Shown: positions 27,601 through 40,037 of the stretch, piece after piece
Layout of the letters: the number at the start of each line of letters is the position of its first letter
Numbering within the stretch: the first letter of the stretch is position 1
Assembly: GCA_002633005.1 (NCBI GenBank)
Contig: NMRA01000188.1
Span: 356,921-420,920 of the forward strand
DNA from: Phoronis australis
Taxonomy: Eukaryota; Animalia; Phoronida
Direction of reading: 5' to 3'
DNA length: 64,000 bases
Notes under the pieces: generated by a model
Database searches by the model: none
Seen by the model: the letters and a program-made list of their open reading frames with translations, nothing else
What the model was told of the DNA's origin: nothing
Translations under genes and position numbers: made by a program

Positions 27601-28170
27601 GCATATTTTATGTTAGTTTCTATTCAAGACGTTTATTTATGTCAAAAGCTGATTTACAGATTTGATGTGTTATCATGTGACTGTCTTAAAAACAATGCTC
27701 ATCTTCTTTAAAGATGAGAAACACTGTTTCATTTGTTGAATCTAAAATATATTTTGGTTGGACGTCACCCTAAATATAATGGCACGGTTTGTTTTCTTTT
27801 ATGCTGTCGACATCAAAATCCTGCATTTGGATAAAAATATTGAATTTTCATGCCCCACACAACATTTCTGTTACATATGTTGCGTGTTTTGTACCGGCAA
27901 GATGACTTTCACCACTTACTTGTAGTTGCAGTTGTAGTGTTAATGTTTGTCCCACAAAACACAAGCCCAGACACAATTGTGTTGTCGGGGGATATAATTG
28001 CGAAATATAGCAAAATCGGTGGTGGTGGCACTAATTTGCATAAAAAACATACGTGGGACATTTTTCGGCTTGTTAACATCATTTTTCCTTTTTCACACAT
28101 AATTTCCTTAATAAAAATGCAACGTTGAAGTTGACGTCCGGGGAGTGCACAAGGGGCTATTTTTAGACTA
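24679..28170 (-). mobile_element. Academ-like DNA transposon, decayed, in FMO intron 1
   Basis: ~170-bp imperfect TIRs (GAGTCGAAAAAATGGCCCC... and ...GGGGCTATTTTTAGACTA). Transposase pieces LIHDGMTLLH, FLANDDNKTQL and LLPC...PHIQRVN, plus an acidic C-terminus. The flanks are joined in the paralog near 42075. Confidence 0.8.
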
Positions 28171-30784
28171 GACATTCTACAAAGTATGTTTCGACTAATA
28201 AATGCCTGTAACTCGAAATCAGCTAATTAACATATCGCCAGAGAGAATAACGGGTGTTAGGCTGGTGCGGTTGTTTCTTGGGATTTTGATATGGAATTTG
28301 TGAGTTTTTGCACTTTGGTAACTGAATACCGCAGACTTCAATTGGACCTAGTTTTTCGAAGATTGTTTGATAGATGTACATATGGAGAATTTCTCGCTTA
28401 GTACACTGGTCACCTTTCTGATTCCCTAAGCCTCAGACAACATTGATGATGCCTATTCAACACACCCTTTGTATTGAACTGAGTAGATCATGAGCTAATG
28501 AAGTGGAAAGGTAGCATCTAGCACTACTTTCCTAACAACTGTGATTGTTATTACACCCAAATTGGTTTTCTCTGGCATTTACACAGAGTTGAAGCCTGCA
28601 ATGTGGAGAATATTTTTAACTGGGTACATTAAAAAGTTAATTTGCGTTGATATTGACAAAGAGCCACTTCCCAAAGCAACGTTGGTTTTAAATATGTTTC
28701 ATACCTGTTTTCATTACTTTGTTTTTAACACCCCTATGTACTTGATTTTTTTTCCTACCAGTTGGTATCTTTTTATCTTGTTTTTAAACGAAGTATCAAA
28801 ACAACTTGGAAGTCAGTTGATTGTGGACCCATACCTAAATTTTCCAGGTTACAGCTACACCAAACAAAACTACACATGTTATTAGTTCAAGTTCAATCTT
28901 TATTAGAACTCAAATCATAAAATGCATACAAAATGCAAATATGGTGATAGCCAAAGTGAATATTTGGAGCCTCTGGGCAATTTTGGTTGCAGTAACTACA
29001 TAACTATTAGATTTCCAGGATGCCTTAAAAATGAAATCACAGCTCTTGCCCTCCGACCAACCTCATCCACTGCTTGTACTCTTTCGTTGACTACAAAGCT
29101 AGCTATCTTCTTGTAGTCACACGAGTTCTATAACAACACGCTAACTATCGAAATTGGCGCATTTCCGCGAATATCAGTTTTCCGGTTAGTGTACTACCCC
29201 TGAGTAAATTAAGTAGTTGGCCATGCACTGGGTCATAAACGATGTTTTGTAAGTTATTGACATCTAATTTAGCCTCTCTGTGTTGTTTATGAATATTTCA
29301 ACGTAGCTCATTTGTATGTTAAAAGACTAATCCATGTGATATTGTTAACTCTGATCAGCGTTTGTAAATCCACCGAATAGTATCTATACGCACGTCGTTT
29401 ATTTTCAATCGTACCCAATGGTCGTCGATTTAGCTTAATAGTTCATCGGATTTTTAAAAATCGAAAACCAGAGTTGGTTGTTTTTTTTTCATCTGAATAC
29501 CGCTGTGGTATTCGTTTTTGACGAAAAGTGTTGGTTCAGGCATTTTGAAAATTCGCCAGTATGTAAAAGCAGAGATGTTTACTACAGTTTATAGTCGGGT
29601 AATTACACTTAATTGGGTCTTGCAGCAGACATTGCTGTCGTCGCAACCGAGTGCGACTCTGGCGCGGCGTTCTCCTTGATCCTGGTAAAAGAGTTTCAGA
29701 AGGATGAGCGGTGAAAAGTCACGCGTGACCTCGTCACGGTGTGAGAGTGTTATTCATGGCATGAAAAAATAGACATTAAATATTTAAAATTACGCGTGGT
29801 TTCAAAAATATGGACATTCGTGGGTGGAAAAGAGTATCCCTTGAAGATCACATTCATTCATAAATAACACTTTTGACTGATTTTGATCCCAGCGACGTAT
29901 GATTTGGCTTGGCCTGTATATGATAACCCAGATTGAAACTTCAGCGAGGCCCAGAAATGGTCGCCTGATCACCGTGCGTCGGAATTTTCATCGATAGATT
30001 GTTTATGTTTTTAGAGCAGTAAAACTGCCTTTTCAGTAACCACAGCGACTTGCATCAGTGTTGTAGGTAACCCAGATGACTGAGCCCATCAAATTTAGCG
30101 TTGTAGGCCTACCTACGAATTTACCGACCCCCAGCAGCATACTGCCCACTAACTGTGAAATAGGGCTTATACCGTTAATTACGGCCTCTACCGTGGTATA
30201 CGGTTTGGCCGGCTCTACTTTTCCGTATATCACAGTTGATAACGTGACGTGTACAACATCCATCATTCCACATATATGGGATGAATATAGATTATTACAT
30301 GGCGAAGACGTTATCCCTCGTATTCTAGAGCACGAGTAGATTTTGGAGATTATCGCCCGAGTTGCGTTAGCGCCGAGGGTGATAAATTCTCCAAAATCCA
30401 CGAGGGCTCTACATAAGGGGGATAACGACTGAGAACTGGGCGAGAAACATTGCTATGAATCGATCTTCCTTTCTCGACTCGCCTCGGCTTTGTAACTACT
30501 TTCTATGTCAGAGGCCCGAGGTCGGAGGTCGTGACCTTTTATAAAAACCGAGTTTTTTTGTCAAATAATGATTTTACACATAACCAATTGAAAATTTAAA
30601 CAAAATAGAAATAAAGTGAAACTATAGATTAAGGTTTAGCAACTGTTAAAGCTTTAATTACTACACATTTTGTCATGCTAAGCTTCGATCGAGAAAATAT
30701 CGTCTGCGTCTTATTTTTCATAGCGTATAAATGTCGGTACAATACCCTTTGTTGAGCATGCAATTGTTACGCGTGCTCATTTAA

Positions 30785-31230
30785 AGGAGACTGCCACCCG
30801 ATTTAATTAGTCTTTTTTGCCGTCTTAATCGGTCTATATCCACATCGCCTCGCATACTTTCGACGTTACCTTGCCGAGAGGTGTCGCGTTAACCTGTGAG
30901 GAAAGTGAGAAACGACACAGCGACGTCAGTGATTCATTTGCAGAGTGACTGCTACTATGTTGCGGTGCATCGTTCCCGCTTGTCCGAACTATGCAGCTGC
31001 GACGAAAGCGGGTATATCGTTTTTTCGACTTCCTCGAGAGTTCGAAATGCTTAAGAAGTGGCTCGCAGTAGTGAAGAAAGAAAAGTACTCTGTAAATAGC
31101 AAATATGAGGCCGTGAAACATCTCCGTGTCTGTTGCCTGCAGTCGTTGACAGTGCCTGACGAATGCCGGCTTACCAAAAGCTATTCATACGTTCCGTTGT
31201 CTGAGCTTAATTTTTCACGGCGCCTCTAGA
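30785..31230 (+). mobile_element. Kolobok-like left end with a THAP remnant
   Basis: TTAA-AGGAG terminus, then MLRCIVPACPN...SFFRLP...KKWL...LRVC. No right end was found. Confidence 0.55.
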
Positions 31231-32471
31231 TTTCTAAATCACTGTATTCCGGTTCGAAATGATAGCCTGTGAAACTTAACAGTCCACCTGGGAAGTCTTC
31301 GTCGGGATGAGCTCTCGTTTAAGTCGGGATTGCGAGTTGCCACTTGGCATGTTGACGTTTATTACTGAGCGTTCTGTTTCAAAATGAATCATTCTCAGCC
31401 TAAGCAATATAAAACTGAAACAAGGTCTGTCTCATTAGATGCAATTTGTAATGCCTTTGGAGTGCTCGTGAGTGCAAATGATATGAGAAGCCAGCAATGA
31501 ATAAATCACTGCGTTACCGGCTTTAGGTGTAATAAACTAATTGACGGAACACCGAGGCCGTGTGAGCTCATGCTGATTCAGTGTTTGCTGACAGAAACTG
31601 TTGTGAAACAACTCGATCTCTATCTTACGGCCAGGTGTTAGGGGAATCTTCATTTACATTTAAATTATTCAAATAATGATTTTCAATGTACAATTTCTAC
31701 CCTCACGGTTCTGTTGCGAAAGCGGAACCTGAGTTCGCGGCCCCCGACTATCGAGCAAGTAGATTTGCAGTTTGGTGGCTAATTCACCAACATAATCACG
31801 TGCATATTTAAATTTACTTCTTTGGCTCACTAGTATAGCATTTTCTTGACTGGAAGCTTAGTTTCTAACTTTGGCTGGTTTATGTTCGTGATGTCTTCAG
31901 TCCCGCCGGGCGCGTCGGGCCTGATCGGCTTCCGAGCTACTGGCCAGGATAACAAGCGTTTTGTGTGTTTAGAACTCAAAAAATCACAAGTATAAACAAC
32001 ACAAATCTAGGTTCTCCTGTCTGTATCTCACGAAAAAATACTTCGAATTTATCTCCGAACAGACCCCCAAACTCCTGCTACGGACCCTGCCTAGTGCCGA
32101 ACTCTGTAGGCTACGGTGTGTCCAAATACCAATAAGTCCGTAACAGCGAAATAAAACAACACGATTTTATAGGAACTCGGTGTATTTTTAAGGGTTTTAC
32201 ATCGAAGTTTGATGATTTATTGGTGTTAAACGATGAATTCAAGCGATAAGCTGACACCAGTAACCCGTGTTGTCAACTTCTGAGCAGACTGTGTGTGAAA
32301 CCAATTACGTCATTAGATAATTTCAACACCTCCGCCTGCCGTCATGTGTTAGGTAACGCAACCGTATGTGCCGTTATCAAGTAGAACTACTCGATCTAAA
32401 TTGATAAAACTTAGGTTGTTTTTCGGGTGGCATGCTCCTTTACGTATTCTATTTTCACGTTCGATGACGTC

Positions 32472-32550
32472 AGCCGCTGAGTGGTGCAGTGGTAAAGTCG
32501 ATGACCCGAAACTCTTGCGGCCCGGGTTCGAAACCGGCCTCGGTTCCCGC
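32472..32550 (+). repeat. tRNA-derived SINE head
   Basis: A-box-like TGGTGCAGTGGT and B box GGTTCGAAACC. No convincing cloverleaf. Confidence 0.55.
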
Positions 32551-32749
32551 CAAAATGTTATCTCACTAGTGGGATAACTAAACGGGTTATTAAACGGCTG
32601 CATTGGCCATTCGAGGCTGATATTGTGGTATAAAAGACATTAAATATTGAAAATTAGTCATGGTGTGAAAAAATAGGAACATTCGTGAATGGAAAGAAAT
32701 ATCCCTTAAAGATCACAGTCATTCATGCAATAGTCAGTCTGATGATTAC

Positions 32750-32867
32750 CTATCTGATCGTGCTGTTCAAAGCAGACCGGAAGCAGTCCTTCGTCAAGAC
32801 ACTCCTTCACAGACACAATTCCTCCAATGCCTCCTCCCACTATGGCCACACGCACTGTTTCGGTCAT
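32750..32867 (-). CDS. FMO: FMO exon 1 (FAD-binding Rossmann motif); not in the ORF track
   Basis: MTETVRVAIVGGGIGGIVSVKECLDEGLLPVCFEQHDQI(G), GTAATC donor. Phase 1 matches exon 2. The six exons total 1647 nt, i.e. 548 aa. Confidence 0.88.
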
Positions 32868-35245
32868 CGTAAATGCTGTCGGTCTCAGTTCTTACTCAAA
32901 AGGCTCAGATTTCTACGCACGCCGACAACGATACTTCTGAAAAACGACAAAATACGAAAGATGAGCAATGCTAAGCGTCTATTTGAAACTTGTTCACGAG
33001 AGCTTTGATGGTATGCTTCTAGGGGTGTTGACTAGTCAGCCATAGTGCCTCGCTTTGCTACATGGTCTATCAGCCATGAATTGGAAAGGATTTCTGTAAA
33101 CGCTTGAGGAAGGGCGACTGTCGTCCATCTTACGTTGGAAAGGTTGTCCCCAGGAACTGGTTCCTAGCTTATCCCAAATGAATTAAGTTCTGGTCAAAAC
33201 TCAAATATTCGAGGTTTTGGGAGTTTTTACCTCATATCCTATAGGGTTCATCAAATGCTAATTTGAATTAGAAATTCATCCGCACCGGCAAACCGTGTTT
33301 GTACTGGAGTACATAACAATGGATACTTATCTTATGCACAAATAGAAAGGAATTAAGATGCCACTAAAATTTTTAGTTAGATTTCGAGTAGAAGTATTTG
33401 GTCCTCCCGTCGCTTGTCTATAATTTGAGCTGTATGGGGATCGGGGGTACACAAATTGATCTTTTCCACTGAGTGACGCAACTGCCATGTAATGACAGAG
33501 AGAGATGTCACGTCGACGTGACTGAACTATGCACAATGCTCCAAGGGTACTCATATCGGGAATCTAAATATTTCCTTCAGGTACAGTATTAGCATCTCTT
33601 ACCTTTTTAAATAACACCTGCAATATTGACCGGACTAAATAAACGGGGTCAGGAGGTTTGCTGTAGACCTTTACAGAATCTTACGCGATGAACTATCGAC
33701 TGTCGGTCCTTATTTTTTATAACTAGTTACCTATAAACCTAGCTGCCTATAAACCATTCAGTTATTCAAAATGAATAGAAAATCTGGTTTTGTCTGGGAA
33801 CGCGACAGTTAGGTCACCGCGACGAGGTATTTCGTCTATTCACCTACGTGAACAATAGGCACAGAGCACCGTAAGCCATACCATGACAGTACGAAGCCGT
33901 AAACGGTCATTATGGTTGCCTAACTTGTATTTGTGTTGGCCGCGCGTTCGTCAACAGTCGGGCTCTTCAGTTGTTCGTCAGTGTCTTCTCCAGGTCCGAG
34001 ATTCAATCAGGGTCAAGTAAGGAGTTTACTGCAGAACATTGTACTACACTCCTTTGAGCTCATTGCCTTGACGGGAACTCCGCCTATTGACTGAGCCGTG
34101 CTTCGTTTTATAGGGATTACCTATTACATAGACAATGAGTGAATACCAGATATGGCAGTTCCAGGCGATGATAATCTTACATTTTGCATTTTATTGGCTA
34201 GTGCGTTTGAATTTAGACCCCTAATTAGCGCATTTTGGAAAGTCTTGTCCTAGAACTGTTTCATGATGGGCCTCTCGGACAGTAAATTCCGATTCCATCG
34301 GGTTTAAATTTTATCTCGTAAGAATATAAACTGAGTTTCGGCTTCAACTATAACTTTAATTAATTTGAATACCATGACTCCTGTATTTTGTAACCAGTCA
34401 ACGTATTTTTGAGATTGAGAATTTAAATGCGGTCCCTCGTAGACAAAAAAGGAAAACTCGCGGTGTAAAGTTCCACGAAAGTTCAGCTAATAGAAACGAC
34501 TTCTCTCAAACGAGATTCAAGTTATATGACATTTGGCGTGAAATTAACTCGGATGTTAGGAAATGCACTTGAAGCGATAAGAATATGCCATGCCAAATTA
34601 GAATTCATTTGACATGTGTCTAAGTTTCCAGGAGTAACTTTATACTCCGAAATAACTGAAAAAGATAAGAGAGGTCCTTGTTTTTAGAAGTTAGTTTAAC
34701 GATGCCAATTAATCCACAAAATAACTGAGCATGAAGTTGTCGAATTTTCTCAGAACCCATTGTCATATTTAAGACAAAAATTGAATGTGGGAACTTTTTA
34801 AAATCGAAATCAGAAAAACTTCAATCTCTTTTGAAAAGAGGTTGCAAAGAAGTCTCATTCAGACGAAAGTGTTTTATTAGAAAAAATGTAAAGCGATCCT
34901 CCACTGCTAGAACTCGTAGTTGCAGTTGGACGACCGTCCCCAAATCCTAAAGGGATATAAGTATTCGTGTTTTGGTTAATTGACTGAATGTCTCCGACGC
35001 ATACTGTACTAAAAGATGTTTTGAGTTTGTAAACCGTCAATGGTTGGTTTTATCAAGAACTTTACTGTTGCCCAAAGGCCAGTGTCAGATTTGTTGAACA
35101 CCGGCGTCTTAAAGTGACTTGTGGGGGGAAGCTAAAGGACATAGGGAGCGGACCAAACCAGGACTTCGATCATCGATGTAGGATAAAGTGGGGTGCCGTG
35201 AGACGTGAAGAACCATGTGACCACCCATTTCCAGTAAACCAGTTC

Positions 35246-35704
35246 TGTTGATGCACTATTTTATTTTGCAGTGCGTAAGGTTACGTCATACTACGTGTGT
35301 TAATTGGTTAAGCTTCTTATACAGGTATAACAGACTTTCCGGTACTATCTGGCCTTCTTGACATGAACCGCTATGATACTGGTAACGCGTACAACGCTAA
35401 CGATGTTTTTATGGAGCCTAGAGCCTATATCATTGTACATGTAAGTTTATACTTTTTTTCGCGTATTACCGTAGAATTCACTGGCTGTTTCTCGTATTGT
35501 GTAAGACTGTTTAGCCCATGCTGTATTACGTGGAATATCTTTATTGTATTGTAACGTGAACGCTGTATTTCCAAAGACTTATTATTCGTTATATTTGTTT
35601 CAGTGAAACCGGCCTTGTCGGACAGTAAGCATAACGTCAACCTTGTTCAGAATAAACGTATCATATCCGACTATCCCGTGTGTTCAATGCCCATGGCTCC
35701 TACA
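35246..35704 (+). mobile_element. Solo LTR (459 bp)
   Basis: TG...CA ends, 5-bp TSD AGTTC, AATAAA near 35651. Absent from the paralogous site near 52225. Confidence 0.85.
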
Positions 35705-35779
35705 AGTTCTATATTTTAGGGACATGCTGCTTTCATGTCGCTCCCGTATCGGTATTCACAGATACTGAGAACTGGCTTC

Positions 35780-36072
35780 CAGGGGCGCATCCAGGATTTT
35801 GAGTTAGGGGGGGCCAGGGCACAGGAATAGTCAGAATTTCGCCACATGCCCGCGCCAAGTCTAACATGTAGGGATGCAGGAGCCTCGAATTTTTGGCTTT
35901 GTGGTTCTTTTTACTAAAAAAAGGTAAACGGGAGTTGTTCAAGGCCCGAGCTCCCGTGGGTGCGCACATATGCTATTCGGCAATTCGCACTCCGGAATGC
36001 CAAATGGTTTCTGGGAGAATTTTAGAGGGCCATGGCCTCCTTGCCACCCCCCCCCCCCCCAATCCACCACTG
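35780..36072. mobile_element. hAT-like MITE
   Basis: CAGGGGCGCATCC...AATCCACCACTG, 5-bp TSD GCTTC. The empty site GAACTGGCTTCCGT lies near 52290. Confidence 0.75.
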
Positions 36073-37261
36073 GCTTCCGTCTGTGTTTTTGTTAATTATG
36101 TTGAGTTTATCGATTTACTGGTTGTGAAGTTTTGTCTCTATACTCTATAATGCTTCGAGTAACAGAATTTTATTAATAGTGTTTTAAATATGCATATGTA
36201 GGTCTAAACTGAGCACACATTTGATTACGAAATTTTCCCTGTTTTGTTACAGCGCATTTTAAATTGAAAAGTGTTGGAGTGAGACTGAGCTCCTGGGAAG
36301 AGTGAGGTCAGTGTAGTTTGTGCGAAGATTGGGGACACAAAGCCTGCACTGACTTGGAGAATATGTGTGTGATGACTGTGCAGTGTGAAAAGCGGCTGTT
36401 ATGGCAAAGCCGGTTTTGTTTTAATTCAGAAGCAACTAGAATTTTCAAATATTTTGTATTCTTATGACCTTTGTATATCTTTGTAACTAATATGTCTTTA
36501 AAGTAGTACATTTAGTTATTTATTTTGTTTTCCCAATTTCATCAAAATTTGGTTCCAAACTCTTTCAAAAACATAAACTTTGCAGTGCTATCATATATAT
36601 TGCACGTGTCTCATGGTGCCCAGGTTGAGGGTCAACAAGAGACTGCCTTGTTCTCGTTCTCAACCATCGTCTACACAAATTTGGCCAACTTCAATATTTT
36701 TTTTCAATTCGTAGAATCGTTTTGGGCACGCAGAAGAAGTAATAGACGTTTCGTGTCGCTCCGTGTATTCAAACACGATATACAAAGCTCGTGGGTAAAT
36801 GTATACGTTGGCGAAGCCACGAGGGTACAACAGAGTAATGACCTGTCTGTTCATTGCAAAAAAATAATCCCCCCGGTTAGAACTTGTTACGGCCAAGACA
36901 ATCAAAAAATAATTCTAGCGATTGTGATGAGCAACGAGCTGTTTATTTTTCAGTGGCCCGGTTACGGCACGTGAACACAGATACAAGGAGCCAAGGAATA
37001 TTTTGCAAACCTGTGAACTCGTTAAATAAAGTAAAATCAAACACAAAATGACAATTGACATATAAGATACGGTTACTTTATTTCTGTTTTTGTTGATTAA
37101 GGAAGTTGTTACCTCCGAAAATTTCAAATTTCAGTTGATCCATTCTTGTTGTTTTATTTACCGATTTATATTCTTCATTTCATGAAACAATAATATCCTT
37201 GGGAGGATCTGGATCGTCTTATTTAGTTTCAGATATATTTTCTACGTTAAATGTAATAAAA

Positions 37262-37640
37262 ATTACAAAAGAAGGAGGTTTCGCGCGCAAACGCTGTGAA
37301 CCATAAAAAGTAGGTCTGAGATCAAGTTAGGCGTTAAGTTGTGGTGGTGCAGTGGTAAAGCACGCGCGCTTTATCCGCCAAGTTGTGAGTTCGAGTCTGT
37401 TGTACTAGCAGTTTTTGCTGTTTGACACTTTCTCCGTGTTTTTTGTTTGCCTATTTTCTTGGATAATGCTTGGGGAATGAAGGAAAATGCTTGATTTTTA
37501 GAGGAAAAAACAGAAAAATTTCCTGGCCCCCTTCCCGACCTCCCCCCATTCGGTGCTATGCGCATCTACAATCGTGCTTTGAGCATATGTTTACAGACAA
37601 AATGCTGGGCCCCCCTTGTGATATCCTGGATCCGCCACAG
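37262..37640 (+). mobile_element. Partial copy of the 11732-12394 element
   Basis: Aligns to about 12035-12394, including the tRNA-like segment and the GATCCGCCAC end. Confidence 0.8.
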
Positions 37641-40037
37641 TGTTTATACAGGTAGCTGGCTGGCTACGGATTCTGTAGCATGGAAGCATGGATAGGTTTA
37701 CGTGTCGCTGGGACGGTCGTCGTTGCTGCTCGTGTAATCACTGCCGCCTATAGTATCGGGTGCTGTCATGGCCAGTGACAACAATTTTTTGGTATTGGCG
37801 AGGAATCAGTGCTTGAATTGCAGACGATAACATATATAGAAATTGAAAACTGAGACAGAACTGTTATGTAATTAACAGTCCTGTTCCTGATGTTACGATT
37901 GAGACCTGGNNNNNNNNNNNNNNNNNNNNNNNNNNNNNNNNNNNNNNNNNNNNNNNNNNNNNNNNNNNNNNNNNNNNNNNNNNNNNNNNNNNNNNNNNNN
38001 NNNNNNNNNNNNNNNNNNNNNNNNNNNNNNNNNNNNNNNNNNNNNNNNNNNNNNNNNNNNNNNNNNNNNNNNNNNNNNNNNNNNNNNNNNNNNNNNNNNN
38101 NNNNNNNNNNNNNNNNNNNNNNNNNNNNNNNNNNNNNNNNNNNNNNNNNNNNNNNNNNNNNNNNNNNNNNNNNNNNNNNNNNNNNNNNNNNNNNNNNNNN
38201 NNNNNNNNNNNNNNNNNNNNNNNNNNNNNNNNNNNNNNNNNNNNNNNNNNNNNNNNNNNNNNNNNNNNNNNNNNNNNNNNNNNNNNNNNNNNNNNNNNNN
38301 NNNNNNNNNNNNNNNNNNNNNNNNNNNNNNNNNNNNNNNNNNNNNNNNNNNNNNNNNNNNNNNNNNNNNNNNNNNNNNNNNNNNNNNNNNNNNNNNNNNN
38401 NNNNNNNNNNNNNNNNNNNNNNNNNNNNNNNNNNNNNNNNNNNNNNNNNNNNNNNNNNNNNNNNNNNNNNNNNNNNNNNNNNNNNNNNNNNNNNNNNNNN
38501 NNNNNNNNNNNNNNNNNNNNNNNNNNNNNNNNNNNNNNNNNNNNNNNNNNNNNNNNNNNNNNNNNNNNNNNNNNNNNNNNNNNNNNNNNNNNNNNNNNNN
38601 NNNNNNNNNNNNNNNNNNNNNNNNGCGTGTGTGTTTGCATGTATGTGTGTGCGTGTATGTGTGTGCGTGTCTGCGTGTCTGTTTGTCTTTGTCTTTGTCT
38701 TTGTGTGTGGTGAGAGTGGGAATGGCTTGTATATTTAGTCTTTGATATCTTTGCATTTATGTCCTCTGTACCAAACACAAACAACAAACACAAAACATAT
38801 CCAGAAACCGGAAGTCGAACACAAAGGCCACTAAGAACGATATTGATCCTACCACACCAACAGTCGCCATGACGACAAGCGGCAGCATGTGACTAGCGAA
38901 AGCAAATAACGTAATTTCAAAAAATTATAAAATATGAGCTCTGAGTAGGGCGACCGCCCCCAAATCCTAAAGCGTTATCAGTATTTGTGTTTTGGTTGGC
39001 TCAATGTCTCCGACACATATTTTATTAAAATATTTTATAAGTCTGTATAAAACCGACAACAGAAGAATTTTAGTGTTGCCCATAAACCAGTGATATATAA
39101 ATTTTAAGTTTGATAAAATACGCCTTAAACAGTTAAGATACAAGACCACTAGTCCCATAGCTACATAAAACATCAATGTCTTGTCGAAAACCTGGAAAAG
39201 TAACAGATGCAGAGTGAAAATGTTATGACGGCGCTGAACTTGTAACGAGTGTCAAAATTATTTCAAACAATATCATACAGGAGACTACTTTTCAAGATGA
39301 AGGCTGTTCATGTGTCGGTTACCAATGATTTCTCTAGTTGCTTCACAGTATTTGAGAACGTCACCTCATCCAAATATTTATCGCTTTCCTTAACTTTGTG
39401 AAAAGCGTTAGCCGATTTTTCCTTTCTGGCACTGTTATATTATATGGTGTTGTTGTATTACAAGTTCATGATTCTCCCCCTCCCTCTTGCTGAATACTAC
39501 TGACTAGCAAACCCAACCAGGTCTCTCAATAAATTTTTGCGCTAGCGACTTGGTGTGAGCCGGTCCGACGGGATTAAACTACCCGGGACATAAAACTGAA
39601 CTGAGTTGAGCCGTCTCGACATTAAATCAAGGCTTGAATTAATCATTTTCATTAGGATGAATATCTCCTTCATTCCTTACATTGGTGATTTTTCAGTGCA
39701 TCATTTGTCATGTCAAATATGTATGCGAGATGTTTGGAACTTGACACCGACGGGTTCTCCTTTCAAGCGGTAGAAGCCGCGGGCGACGCGAGTTTTTGAT
39801 CTGTTTTTAAATCAAAATATGGCACATGTACTTCGTCAGCTCACTTATTGAAAGATTGGGACACATTTGCGTCTAGTGCGTCTATTCCATTGAAGCAAAA
39901 CGTCGAGAAAGTCCACCTATGCCTTTAAATATCAGGTTAAGACGACGGCACACCATGCAGTTAGAGTGGGGAGATACATGTAATTAACCAAGCGGTATAG
40001 ACAGTTCACTTCGCATAAGGAGTGGATGTTGAAGAAT

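Noticed and set aside
37864-38793. Long ORFs in the ORF track
   Set aside because: They are artifacts of translating the N gap and the adjacent microsatellite.
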